A DNA stretch of 64,000 nucleotides, from positions 123,442,001-123,506,000 of the forward strand of contig OX597816.1 in assembly GCA_951406725.2 (NCBI GenBank), written 5' to 3'. The notes below the pieces were generated by a model. That model saw only the letters and a list, made by a program, of their open reading frames with translations. It had not been told where the DNA came from and made no database searches. Positions 13,865 to 26,824 of this stretch are shown one piece after another. Position 1 is the first letter of the stretch. The number at the start of each line of letters is the position of its first letter. A program made the translations under genes and the position numbers. Source of the stretch: Octopus vulgaris. Taxonomy: Eukaryota.

Positions 13865-14268
13865 CTGTTGTACTCTCTTTTACTCTTTTTTTTTTACTCT
13901 TTTACTTTTTTCAGTCATGTGACTGTGGCCATACTGGAGCACCGCCTTTAGTCAAGCAAATCGAGCGTGGTACTTATTGTATCGGTAACTGCTCTAGTTA
14001 CGGGGACATAAACCCATCAGCTTCAGTTGTCAAGTTGGTGGGGACAAACACAGACACACAAGCATATGCACACACATACATATATATATATATATACATA
14101 TTTATGACAGGCTTCTTTCAGTTTCCCTCTACCAAATCCACTCACAAGGCATTGGTCGGCCTGAGGCTATAGTAGAAGACACTTGCCCAAGGTGTCATGC
14201 AGTGGGACTGGACCAGGAACCATGTGGTTGGTAAGCAAACTACTTACCACACAGCCACTCCTATGCCT
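13865..14268 (-). mobile_element. tRNA-derived SINE, family A
   Basis: Full head (GGCTGTGTGGTAAGTAG...CCCACTGCATGACACCTTGGGCAAG) and tail. Confidence 0.85.
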
Positions 14269-15676
14269 ATGTGCAATTTTTTCTATTTAGATTATAATCC
14301 CTCTTTATTCATTACTTTAAATTGTGAGAAAATAACAGTTAAATATAAAACATTTAACATTATTCTATACAGAGGAATCAGCTGTTAAGTATTTCTTTCG
14401 GGCATCTTGTTGTATACAGTCTTGAAAAAAAAGAATCAATTAATCAATTAATTCTGAATAGCCTCATGGATAGACACTTTCATAGTATTTAATTTTCAGT
14501 ATGTACAATGACACTAATGTCTAATCTGATACACTTTAAAGTTTTATGTGTTTGATATAGAAACCAATGACAAAACAGAAATAGCACCATTAAAATATCT
14601 TGGATAGTCTTAAACTTCCAATATATTTATAGGCATGGAAATGTGTGAGCTAACCTAGAGTACTAATTTTGCTTAATGGAGAATGTTGCTTTATACCTCC
14701 ATGTTGAAGATGGACTAAACACTGACAATGAACTTCAATGTAACTCTGTGTTAAAAGATATTAACAAGACCAAACTTATTCAAATTCATTATTTATATTA
14801 ATGCCAGGAAAGCAAACCTTGATGCATTGTAAACAATCTACAATCTAACCAAATTCTAACCAAGACAATTAACAATCTCTACGTTCATGAGAGTAAAGTG
14901 AGTGTCATGTCAGAAGAAACACAACTTAGTGATATGATAAATGTAGATTGATAAAATATATACCAGACAGAAATACATACTGTGGTTTATATTATTAATT
15001 AAAACTTTAGAAGGCAGTGTCCAAAAATGGCTACAATCCAATGATTGAAACCAATAATAGAGAAAAAGGTTAAAAAGGAAAGGTAACTTACTACAGAAAG
15101 TTATACTTAGTTAATGAAAAAGATAGAAGAAATTGTTGGGAGCTTATCCATGATTTATTCATAAAAAGCACAAAACATTCCAGCAATTTTTTGCCAGTTT
15201 AATATCCACTTTACCATGCTTGTATACCTCAGACGAAATTCCTTGAGACAGATTTTTTGTAGTTAGATGACCTCCTCTTACCAACTCTCACTTGCTTCAA
15301 AGCAAGATATTTCTCCATGGTTGAATATATCTTCACAGAAAATTGAAAATGACAGCCACCACTTGTGATGTTCATTTATAATGATCACATGATGTCAAGG
15401 CAAGGAAACACAAATGCTGAAATAGGCATACATCCAAAAGTTCAGCCACACAAACACTCATAAATATATGATGAGCTACTTTCAATTTCCCTTTACCAAA
15501 TCTACTCACAAGACTTTGTTGGTCAATGGCTATAACAAAAGACATGTCCTTGTATGTTTGAGAAACAAACCTCTTAACTATGCAGCTATATCTACACCTA
15601 TCACAATCAGACCTGTACCTATTGTTATCATTTTTATGATCAATAATATAAATGCATTGTTTATTTTCTCTTCTAG

Positions 15677-15817
15677 GAAACAAAATTTTGTTGACACAAT
15701 GTTTAAAATGCTAGAAAAATATTCAACAGATTTAGAAGACATTGTACGAGAAAGAACAATGCAACTGGAAGAGGAGAAAAAGAAAACTGATGAACTTTTA
15801 TACCGAATGTTACCATC
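15677..15817 (+). CDS. Receptor guanylyl cyclase, internal exon: dimerisation/signalling helix
   Basis: [46 protein letters not shown](S) is the typical receptor-GC coiled coil. Acceptor ttttctcttctag, donor TC|GTAAGT; 141 nt, phase 2/2, in frame with both neighbours. Confidence 0.95.
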
Positions 15818-16149
15818 GTAAGTAATCTACTCTGCTACTAAGATTTGTCTTTCTTATATTGAATATATAAATGTAATGAAGGTTGTGTCAATAGGTTTGC
15901 TGGACGACCTGCTGAGATGCTAGTGGTTTTATATCCTGCCACTGGCAATGTGTTGTGTTTATAGCCAAGATGCATAACTCTCAAATTTACCAATAGTCTG
16001 TCTAAATATAAAGAGGAACAATTTAACATTCTAAGCATAATTCTTAAGTTTGCAATATTGAAATGAACTTTTCTCCAGACTGAGACTGCTGTGTAGATGG
16101 ACATTAGTAAAGCTATTCACCATTCATGGACATCTCTGATCATATATTT

Positions 16150-16958
16150 ATCATCATCATCATCATCGTTTAAAGTCCACTTTCCATGAGTTGGACGGTT
16201 TGACTGAGGAGTGGTAAGCCACATGGCTGCACCAGGTTCCAATCTGACCTGGCAGAGTTTCTACAGCCAGATGCCATTCCTAACACCAACCACTTCAAGA
16301 GTGTAGTGGGTGCTTTTATGTGCCACCAGCATGAGGGCCAGTCAGGCAGTACTGGCAACAGCCACACTAAAATGGTGTTTTTACGTGCCACCTGCACAGG
16401 AGCCAGTCCAGTGGCACTGGCAACGACCTTGCTCGAATGTTGTTTTTCACATGCCACCGGCACAAGGGCCAGTAAGGCTACACTGGTAATGATCATGCTT
16501 GAATGGTGTGTTTTATGTGCCACTGATATGAGAGCCAGTCAGCTGCCCTGGCAACGATCATGCTTGGATGGTGCTCTTAGTGCTTCACTGGCATGGATGC
16601 CAGTCATGCGGTGCTGTCATCGAATTTGATTTTGATTTCAATTTTACTTGCCTGAACAGGTCTTCGCAAGCAGAGTTTAGTGTCCAATGAAGAAAAGATA
16701 CACATAAGTGGCTGGTTACACCACTGGCATAGGCCACGGGTTATGGTTTCACTTGGCTTGCCGGGTCTTCTCAAGCATAGTATATTTCCAAAGGTCTCAG
16801 TCACTATTCATTGCCTCGGTGAGGCCTAATGTTTGAACATCATGCTTCACCACCTCATCCCAGATCTTCCTGGGTCTACCTCTTCCACAGGTTCCCTCAG
16901 CTGCTAAGGTGTGACACTTTTTCACACAGCTATCCTCATCCATTCTCACCACATGACC
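16150..16958 (-). mobile_element. RTE-clade LINE 3' end (ORF C-terminus + repeat-containing 3' UTR)
   Basis: Minus strand GHVVRMDEDSCVKKCHTLAAEGTCGRGRPRKIWDEVVKHD, then ~60-bp tandem units and a (GAT)n tail. Confidence 0.85.
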
Positions 16959-17589
16959 ATATATATATATATGTATGTATGAGCATATATTAAGTAGAAA
17001 CTTTTCTTTTGTGGGGACATGTTATCCAAGCAGGCACCAGTTTTGCGCTATTATCAATTGATGACTCTGGATATTATTTGTGTGCTTATGTACTAATATT
17101 TTTGGTTGGTTTGTTTTACCATTTTAGCACTTTTCACTTCTGAAAGTCCAGTTGTCTGTATGGAGACTTCCTTCTTTTTGATATAGGATAAATAATTAAT
17201 AGTTTAAAGAAAATAGAAAATATACATCGAATAATCCTTTTTTTTTATCATAGTGCAGTCAGCTAATAAGTTCTTATATTTTTTCCCCTATGTTACATAT
17301 TGGCTAATTGTTATTGTCCACATTTGCACCTTTCAAATGCATTATGATGTTATAAAACACTGGCCACTTCTGGGCATATTTGACTGCTATTTTCTTCACT
17401 TCTCTCAAATGGAGAGAGAGAGAAGTGAAAAAAATAGCAGTCAAATAGCAGAAGAAGCCATTGTTTTATAACATTATGTTATAACTTTTCTCTCACTACA
17501 TAAGTGCTCAATCACACATATACACTGACACTGCACGGCCAGCAGGGCATACTATCTTCATTTCTCTCAAGTTTTCACATATCCTCTAC

Positions 17590-17820
17590 ATTCAAGGCCC
17601 ATGTCTTACTACCATTTTAACATTGCTGTTTATATAAATGCATCATACCAACTTTCATTAACTCGGAGAGCGAGACTTTTGGTTGCCACCAGGGGTAAAA
17701 GCTTGCTGAATTTTCTCCACCCTACTCTTATTCTAGCAATTATACATTCTGTACATTCTTCTAGATTGCTAATTAGGTCCCATAAGTAACAGAAATTATT
17801 CACTACCTCTAAAGAGCATA
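17590..17820 (-). mobile_element. RTE-clade LINE RT C-terminal fragment
   Basis: LEVVNNFCYLWDLIS...CIIARIRVGWRKFSKLLPLV resembles the LE.V..F.YLG / RI..GW..F..L motif. Confidence 0.75.
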
Positions 17821-18269
17821 TCACACCCACACACACACACATGTGTAAAAGGAAATGGGGATTAGATAAATCCGAGCAAATACTCCTTTAAGCACTCTAT
17901 AGAAAGGTAGAAATAAAACTTGTGAAACTAAATTGTTCAGTTATTACTCCTGCAACCAATAACTGTGATAAGTACAGTTGGTAAATCTGATGTGAAACAC
18001 CAATTAAATTTAGTCTATTAATCACATAGTATATTTGAAGAAACAAAGAATGAAGATGTATTATCAATGCTTCCTTTAACTTACATGCATTTCAAATAGC
18101 TTGGCACAATGCAAGTACTGCACATTGCAGTATGCAAATTTAATTAATCCTTCTTTTGATTGACTAAATTGCTATTGAAATAGAGCATTTAGCTGCTATG
18201 CTATTGTTTAAAAAATCAGAAGGCTTTTGCTAAATTTAGTATATATTGGGATAATATGGGAAGGTCTCC

Positions 18270-18506
18270 ATCTTATTTCTTTATTGCCTACAAGGAGCTA
18301 AACATAGAGTGGAAAAACAAGGACAAACAAAGGATTTAGTCGATTACATCGACCCCAGTGCATAACTGGTACTTAATTTATCGACCCTGAAAGGATGAAA
18401 TGCAAAGTCGACCTCGGCGGAATTTGAACTCAGAACGTAATGGTAGATGAAATACCGCTAAGCATTTTGACTGGTGTGCTAACATTTCTGCCAGCTCGCT
18501 GCCTTA
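18270..18506 (-). mobile_element. tRNA-derived SINE, family B
   Basis: Copy of the 7115-7334 unit. Confidence 0.8.
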
Positions 18507-19067
18507 AGGTCTCCATCTTATAAGATGGAAGGTGTTCATCTTATTGACCAGTATCTGTGTCATAGTTAAGAGGAGGTATGTTTATCAGATCTGCTTAGTT
18601 TATTTACTCACTGTGAGTAGTTGTAGGTATCTTCTCAAGACAACTATAATTTAATCTGTGATGTTAAGTGCAACTTAAAAGTGGAAGACAAAAGAGTTTA
18701 CTAGAACTATAAAAGAAAATTAGTATCTACTAACAAAAATATGCTTTTAACTATTGGATGAATTATAAAGTAAAATTACATTACATAAAATAGACTATGC
18801 CATATGAATGTACTTCAATGCACGCACTCTCTCTCTCTCTCTCTTGCACACTGACTGTTCGAAGAATTTATTTTGTGTAAAATTACATTACATAAAAATC
18901 AATAAATAAAAACATGTAAAATAAAGGAATAAAATGTTTTGTTCATACATGCTCACACACGTACACTCTTGTATTTATAAATGCATTCACATATGTACAT
19001 ACTTACATACATGCTTGCTCAAATACACATACTTATATCTATCTATCTATCTATCTATCTCTCTCTC

Positions 19068-19099
<32 letters not shown>

Positions 19100-19129
19100 A
19101 CTAAAGCATTGTTGTAATGAGGTGAGGCC

Positions 19130-20000
19130 CTATTAAAGATATTCAAGTTAGTTCAGAGTTTAGATATCTGTTTACAAATGCCTGAAACCAAATCTCTAAT
19201 TATAGCGGGTGGAGGGGTGAACACTTGTGGATATATACCGTTTCTTCATTGGGTTTCCTGTAGGGGTAGTATTTGCCTGTGTTCAGATGTAAGGTAACAT
19301 CCAAGAAATTGATCATCGTCAGGTTGGTAGTAACCGTTATGGACAGGCCAAATTCTTTGAATATTGTTATTGAGTCCTGCCTGAACTTGTCCATGGTGTG
19401 GCTATTCATATAGTGTATGATAATCAGGCCATCGTTGCTATAGAGGGCTGACCTATGTGGATGGGTACATCTCTTGAGGGGATCCAAAATGTATAACCTG
19501 ACGAGGTTGGCGATTTCAGCCCTGTCAAAGCTCCCCATAGAGACATAAAAAAAATGGATCACCTTCTTTCTTTACCCAGAAGGAATCATCATGGATCAGA
19601 ATTGACTTTATTGCATTCATGATGATTCTCATATAAAGCTCACTGATGCTGGTAAATTGTCCAGCAAAACTAGAGCCTTTAGGAGGAGAGGTTTAGATAT
19701 GGAAGGGTAGAAGCCAACAATGTTGAACTGGGTGAATTTGTAGGATGATGTATTCTTGATACTACAGAACCACTTTATTACAGTTGTGCTGGAGTTCCAT
19801 TGAGTCAACCCTGTAGCCCTTCTGATTTCAGAGTTGATAGTACTGAGAATATGCTTGCTATTGATACTTATCTCACTTTTAGAAGGGTTGATCAGCCTGC
19901 ATTTGGGGTTGGAATGGAAATTAGGCTTATGGTACTTAAGTGTAATATTGAAGGTGGGGGTTATGTGGTGAGGTGGTACATGCAATCCTCTGTCTTAAGG
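19130..20000 (-). mobile_element. Penelope-like element reverse transcriptase remnant
   Basis: KCRLINPSKSEI...FNIVGFYPSISKPLL...MGSFDRAEIANLV...LYSNDGL...NFLDVTLHLNTGKYYPYRKPN: PLE-type RT motifs, frameshifted, with YxDD decayed. Confidence 0.85.
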
Positions 20001-20533
20001 TGGGTAGCTTTGTGTTTATGTCATTGTATTTGGAATTACCTGTGTTTTTGTATGTTTTGGCTATGGCACTTGTGAGGAGTCTTGAAAGTGTGGAAATGTT
20101 TGTTTCATAAATATTTTTTCTTTTGTCTGTGGGTATGTGTAGATTGGGAGATTGTTTAAGGATTTAAGGATTTAAGGAAGGGGTTAAAATAACGCTGAAA
20201 TCTTACCATCTTTACAAGGTTTTTCATATGCATATGCATCTGCTCGCCACATGCATTCACACACATGTGTGCATGTGGTGTACATGTGCATGTGCATGTG
20301 CATGCATCTATATGCATGTGCATAGAGGTATAAAAAGAGAGAGGTATAAAAAGTAAAGGAGTGTCAGTTATGTAGTGATAGAGACTAAGTGATGGGGCAG
20401 AGAGAGGGGTAGTAGTATGGAATGAAGAATTTAAGAATATAGATTAGGTGGTTGGACCGGTCAGTGCTTAGTAGCAGAAGAAAAAATATATATGTGAAAG
20501 TGTATATATATGTATATATTAGACATGTATATA

Positions 20534-21145
20534 TCATCATCATCATCATCATCATCATTTAGCGTCCGTTTTCCATGCTAGCATGGGTTGGACGGTTCAA
20601 CTGGGGTCTGGGGAGCCCGAAGGCTGCACCAGGCCAGTCAGATCTGGCAGTGTTTCTACAGCTGGATGCCCTTCCTAACGCCAACCACTCCGAGAGTGTA
20701 GTGGGTGATTTTATGTGCCACCGACACAGGTGCCAGACGAGGCTGGCGAACGGCCACGCTCGGATGGTGTTTTTATGTGCCACCGACACAGGTGCCAGAC
20801 GAGGCTGGCAGACGGCCACGCTCGGATGGTGTTTTTATGTGCCACCGACACAGGTGCCAGATGAGGCTGGCGGACGGCCACGATCGGATGGTGTTTGTTA
20901 CGTCCCCAAAGCACGGAGGCCAGTCTATGCGGTACTGGCTACGGCCACGTTCGGATGATTTTCTTGTGTGCCACCGGCACTGGTCCACAGAGATACAAAT
21001 TCCATTGATGTTCATCTATTTTGATTTGTTTGATTTGATTTGATTTTCACTTGCCTCAACAGGTCTTCACAGAGGCCAGTCGATGCGGTACTGGCTACGG
21101 CCACGTTCGGATGGTTTTCTTGTGTGCCACCGGTACTGGTACCAC
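20534..21145 (-). mobile_element. RTE-type 3' UTR element with three near-perfect 62-bp tandem units (20711-20896)
   Basis: (CAT)n tail and family body as at 16150; unit TTATGTGCCACCGACACAGGTGCCAGACGAGGCTGGC...CGGATGGTGTT starts at 20711, 20773 and 20835. Confidence 0.85.
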
Positions 21146-21693
21146 AAAGATACAAATATATATATATATCTATACTGATGTTTATACATATCAATATCTA
21201 CATATACAACTCGTACTCATATGTATATGTATACATGCACACCCATATATACGAGCATCTATATGTATTATCACCCCAATACTTGCAGGTATATATACCT
21301 TGCATACATGCATAGATTCACACATACATACATGCATACACACACATGCATATACACGCACATATGCATGCACATATATACACAATAATCTAATTAGGTG
21401 GTTGTGACATTCGAGTATGAGTGAGGAATTAGATAGAGATTAAGAGTTAAAATGTAGATTTATAAGGTTATTGGGATTACCTAAGGGATATTGTGGGAAT
21501 ATACTGTATGGTCATTTAGGCATTTGGATTTGTGGTAGAATTTGAATGTGTGAAAAAAGTGGTGGTTGCATGTGCTTAGTGCCTCCTTATGTTCATTTAG
21601 CAGTGCTGGAGGATTTAGCTAAGTGCCACAGAATAGAGCTAAATTAACTAGAATAGAGCTAAAATAACTATTGCTTAACCACTTTCTCACACC

Positions 21694-21741
21694 GTCTCCG
21701 ATGAAGGGATAAAATAAATCTCTTGGAAACAGCTGTAAGAC
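21694..21741 (+). ncRNA. Minimal type I hammerhead ribozyme-like motif (family H1, copy 1)
   Basis: GTCT-CCGATGA-AGGGAT(aaaataa)ATCTCT-tg-GAAA-CAGCTG-TA-AGAC: stem I GTCT/AGAC, core with U4C, palindromic stem III ACAGCTGT. Confidence 0.7.
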
Positions 21742-22212
21742 ATGTGTAAGCATCTTCACATATATATTTTCTTCTACTACTTTCAGATTATCTTGACTGA
21801 TCACTAACTGGTACATTTTCCCTTATTATCTCTCTTCTTGTTTTTCTTTTTTCTGTATTCCTCTCTTCTTGTTTTTTTCTTTTTTTTCTTTCTTTTTTTG
21901 TCTTTTCTTTATTCCTCACTTCTTTTTTTCGATTTGGCCTTGCAAATACATTCCCTACTTTTAGGTCACTTTAAATAAAACCCTTGATTCAATAGCACTG
22001 TGTACAAACTCTATACTTGAAACAACCAATTTTAAATACTATTGGATTTTACTCACAAGGTATTGGAATCTTATATGTATACCATTCTGCCTAAATAATG
22101 GATCTACAAATGCAATATCCCTGCATATCTCACATCTATTTTCATTCCTCCACTTCACTCTCTATTTCATATCATATCTAAATTAACTATTGCTAAACCA
22201 TTTTCTCACACT

Positions 22213-22260
22213 GTCTCCAATGAAGAGATTTAATAAATATCCTGGAAACAGCTGTAAGAC
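22213..22260 (+). ncRNA. Minimal hammerhead-like motif (family H1, copy 2; core mutated)
   Basis: GTCT-CCAATGA-...-GAAA-CAGCTG-TA-AGAC inside an ~80-bp direct repeat of 21661-21741. Confidence 0.6.
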
Positions 22261-22322
22261 CTTCTATTTATAAATGTTCTAAAATTTTCACAGTCTTGAT
22301 TTTTTATCTCATTCTGGAAAAA

Positions 22323-22395
<73 letters not shown>

Positions 22396-22409
22396 CATAT
22401 ATATATAAA

Positions 22410-22593
22410 TTGATAGATCGGTAGCCACTACACACATTTTTTTCTCTCCTTGTTTCTTTCTGTGTTCCTTTCTGTGGAAGAGCGTAGGCTTGAAACGTAA
22501 AAGACTTTTTCAATTCCCAAGCATTATACTAATACATCTGTTTGTTTTCTACACCACCTGTCTTAGTCTTTTGTTTTTTTCGTGAATTCTCCC
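22410..22593 (+). mobile_element. ~190-bp interspersed repeat carrying a variant hammerhead-like motif (family H2; motif 22468-22503)
   Basis: CTTT-CTGTGGA-A-GAGC(gtag)GCTT-GAAA-CG-TA-AAAG; five copies in the window, each beside (TA)n. Confidence 0.7.
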
Positions 22594-23387
22594 TAAATAT
22601 ATATATGAACAAAAGTTAGTAACCTCAGGTCAGCTTTGAAGAGCAGATATCTGATAGAAAGCATTCTAACCTCAGACATAGCCTATTCAAAACTATATTA
22701 TGAAATGCATCCAATTTTTAAAAAAGTGGGTAACATTAAATTTTAGGAAGATTTAGTTGCTATTTCTAGTAGGTCAAAACTTCGATACATGTTTTTAGCT
22801 AAAATGATAAATTTTCTGTATTGTGTAACTATTTGTTCATGTTTGTTTGTATGTGTGTGTGTATGTACGGGTAATTTCTGTGTATGCATGTATGAATGTA
22901 TGTGTTTATCAGCTGCTTGGAAAAGTGTGGCAGGTGCAATTATAATAAGGCAAGGCATCTCATGAGTGTGTATCTATGTATGTTTTGTATATAGATTCTT
23001 GTAAGCAATATAATCTATCTATATCATTATCTTTTTATTATTGTATGTAATCTACTCGCACACATACATACACATAAACATAAGTATGTATGTATGTATG
23101 TATAGATAGATAGATAGATAGACAGACAGACACACAGACACATAGGCAATGCATTCGTGTTACATTTTTATGTTAAATTTTTGCCAGCAGCGAAACAGTA
23201 ATAAAGTGCTGATAGACAACAGTAAGAGAGAGACATTAAATTCAAATTATCTCAAAAAACAAAACATCCAAAAATAAAAACTCACAAAAGGAAACCTGAA
23301 TGTGATTGAATTAGACAATAGTAATACCAAACACACAGTTATTTAATTTAGTTAACCATCATAAACAAAAATTTTTTAAATAAAAAT

Positions 23388-23950
23388 GGCGCAGGCATGG
23401 CTGTGTGGTAAGAAGCTTGCTTCTCAACCACATGGTTCCAGGTTCAATCCCACTGTGTGGCACCTTGAAGAAATGGCACCTATAGCCTCGGGCCAGCAAA
23501 AGCCTTGTGAGTGGGTTTGGTAAATAGAAACTGAAAGAAGTCTGTTGTGTATATATATGTATATATGTTTCTCTCCTTGTTCCTTTCTGTGGAAGAGCAT
23601 AGGCTCGAAACGTTAAGGACTTTTTCAATTCCCGAGCATTATACAAATACATCTATTTGTTTTCTACATCACCTGTCTTCGTCTTTGTTTTTTCATGAAT
23701 TCTCCCTATATATATCTGTATATTTATGTGTGTGTCAATGTGTCTGTGTTTGTCCCCCCACCATCACTCGGCAACTGATGTTGGTGTGTTTATGGTCCCG
23801 GAAATTTATCATTATGGCAAAAAGTGACCAATAGAATAAGTACCAGGCTTACAAAGAATAAGTCCTGGGGTCGATTTCTTCAACTAAAGGTGGTGTTCTA
23901 GCATGACTGCAGTCAAATTACTGAAACATGTAAACGAGTAAAAGAGTAAC
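23388..23950 (+). mobile_element. tRNA-derived SINE family A with nested H2 element (23566-23706)
   Basis: Head GGCGCAGGCATGGCTGTGTGGTAAGAAGC; H2 unit (motif 23581-23619) sits in its TA tract; the SINE tail resumes at ~23715. Confidence 0.85.
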
Positions 23951-24051
23951 TTAGCCTTTGCTTAAGTTACACAAAACAGAGACATAAAAAGAAACCCTGT
24001 AACAGTTTGGGCTTCAAATTAGCCCATAGCATTTTCTGCCTTTGACGACCA

Positions 24052-24369
24052 CTTACTCTTTTACTCTTTTATTTGTTTCAGTCATTTGACTGCAGCCATG
24101 CTGGAGCACCACCTTTAGTTGAAAAAATCAATCACAGAACTTATTCTTTGTAAGCCAAGTACTTATTCTATCGGTCTCTTTTTGCTGAACCACTAAGTTA
24201 CGATGACATAGAAACACCAACATCGGTTGTCAAGCAATGGTGGTGGGGACAAACACAGACACACAAACATACACACACAGACACATACACTCATATATAT
24301 ACACAACAGGCTTCTTTCAGTCTCCGTCTACCAAATCCACTCCCAAGGCTTTGGTTGGACTGAGGCTGA
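24052..24369 (-). mobile_element. tRNA-derived SINE family A (5' truncated)
   Basis: Reverse complement of the tail and middle of 23388-23950. Confidence 0.8.
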
Positions 24370-24393
24370 TAATATTATATCAATTCAATTTCA

Positions 24394-24447
<54 letters not shown>

Positions 24448-24835
24448 CCATGTTGATATAGCCATACATTTTGAGCTCTTAAGTGTAGTTGTATTTGCAC
24501 ATACTTCAGTTTGTTACATCTAAAGTGACACATATGGTGGTTACACCATCAATGTACGTGTACATATACAGAAGGAATTATTATTGAAACAATAATTACA
24601 CACACACACACACACAAATCAAACACAAATAGTGCTTAAAAGTTACGACAGGTGTTTCGGCAAAATTTAATTAATTCATTCATAAAAAATGCATCATAAC
24701 ATAAAATCTACCATCATCAGATAATATTTTAAACAAGTCTTATTTCAAAACAGGTGATATTTCTTACATCAATCTAGACAGATCCATCTGCTGGATCAGT
24801 GTTTCATACAAAATTACCATTCAAAAATATAGGAT

Positions 24836-25002
24836 CACTACACTCACGGAGTAGTTGGCATTAGTAAGGGCATCCAGCTGTAGAAACACTGCCTGATCAG
24901 ACTGGAGCCTGGTGCAGCCTCCTGGCTTCCCAGACCCCGGTCGAACTGTCCAACCCATTCTAGCATGGAAATTGGACTTTAAACGATGATGATGATGATG
25001 AT
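24836..25002 (+). mobile_element. RTE-type 3' tail fragment
   Basis: AGGGCATCCAGCTGTAGAAAC...GCATGGAAA...(GAT)n. Confidence 0.75.
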
Positions 25003-25936
25003 AAAAAGAGAAATAATAAGCAAAGAGAGCAAACAAACATACTATCTAAATGTACTTATCTAAGTTAGTTTATGGTTTTTGATGCCAGTGGAAGGTGGAA
25101 GAGTACGAAGGAAAAAGTGTGAAGATTGGAGTTGGTAGAAGAGGTGTAAAAATGGTTGGAGATGAGAGAATATGAAGAATGTCAATAATGAGTGACCTGA
25201 GGAGAGGGAATGTAAGTGGTTGCTAGAGTCATGGAGTGGTGTTTGCTTGTGACAGACAGTGTGCGTGATGTGCTGTCAGCATAACAATAGTAAGAGAGCA
25301 GTGTCAACCAGTGTGGAGCAGGAGGAGTAATAGCAACCTATGTTGGAGGGTTTAATAGAGAAGTGTACCAGATTTGAAAAAGCCAATGCAGATTCTCATT
25401 ACTCAAGCAGCATGATGTAAGGGAAAGGTGAACAGAGAAGCATGAATGGTGGTAGGGAGTTGTGAGGACATGCTTAAAGATGTTCTCATCAAATAGGTGG
25501 TATATTATCTATACCAACAGATATCACCATTCTTTCATGATCTTTTGTCATCTCCTTCAAATGAAGCAACGTCTTGAGATCAGTATTTACCTCCTCATGT
25601 GAACAAAGCACAATTCAAATAAATATGAGCTGGTACATTTTGCTTTTATAAATTTGGCATAATATAGTTAATATTGTCATCATTTTAATGGCCATCATTT
25701 CAATATTGGCATGGCTTCGATAAATCTGCTGTGCAGTATATAAATATATGTGTGTCAGGTTTTCTGGTTGTGGTGGTCTGGTGCGTGTGTATATATATAT
25801 ATATATATACATATATATGCATGCATACATACACACATACATACATACATACATACATACATACATAGAAAGATAGATAGATAGATAGATAAAACTTACT
25901 TGGAAGAGGATACGTGGTGTTCAATCATATAATAAT

Positions 25937-25986
<50 letters not shown>

Positions 25987-26824
25987 CAGCTGCGGCCAAA
26001 ATGTTCAGAACGGCATTGTTTTCGTCAGAAAAGTAGGTATAAGTTTTTATCAAAGTTGTTTTATATTCTATAATATTCACAGACACTAAATACAATATTA
26101 ATTGATATTGTCTGAGATTTTGATGTAATTTGTGTGGATAATACAAAAGTTATGGATGATATAGTGATTTACTGCAAAACCCATGGTGGTCAAAATGATC
26201 AGAACGGTTGAAAAAATAACAAAATAATCAAAAATGACAGAGAATGCTGGAATTATTTCATATTTAGTGTGAAGCCCTTTAGCCTCAATCAAACTTTGAC
26301 ATCTTCGACTGCATGAGGAAATTAAATTTTCAAATTCTTGCTGGGTGATCTTATTCCATTCTTCCTGAAGGGCATTCCATAATTGCTCAGTTGTTTTAGG
26401 ATTTCTGGCTTTCGAACGTTCTCCAGGAGACCTGGATGTTGTCTTTCCGACTCCAGCACATGTTTTCAATAGGATTGAGATCTGGGCTTTGAGCAAGCCA
26501 ATCCATAATAATAACCTTTTCAGCCTTGAGGAAGTTCATGACCACCTTAGCCTTGTGACATGGGGCATTGTCCTGCATGAATATGGGTGGTCGCTTAGTT
26601 GAATTTCTCAGCACAGGCAAGACATGATCTTTTACAAGTTGTTTATAAACTCCTGCAGTTACCTTTCCATGTAATCGCACCAAAGGGCCCACACCATCTC
26701 CAGATATCATCCCTCAAACCATGACACTTCTTCCACCGAATTTAACATTAGTCTTAAGGCATTTAGGCGACAATTTTTCACCTGCTTTTCGACGAACATA
26801 CCTTTACTCATCTGAGCCAAATAA
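25987..26824 (-). mobile_element. Tc1-like (DD34E) transposon, 3' part with IR/DR-type terminal repeat
   Basis: FMQDNAPCHKAK...DWLAQSPDLNPIEN...LQEEWNKI...IEAKGLHTKY. Terminus TA-CAGCTGCGGCCAAAATGTTCAGAACGG with an inner repeat GGTCAAAATGATCAGAACGG at ~26188. Confidence 0.92.

Noticed and set aside
20711-20896. Regular repeats resembling a CRISPR array
   Set aside because: Head-to-tail 62-bp units with no unique spacers and no cas genes; they lie within a eukaryotic RTE-type UTR.
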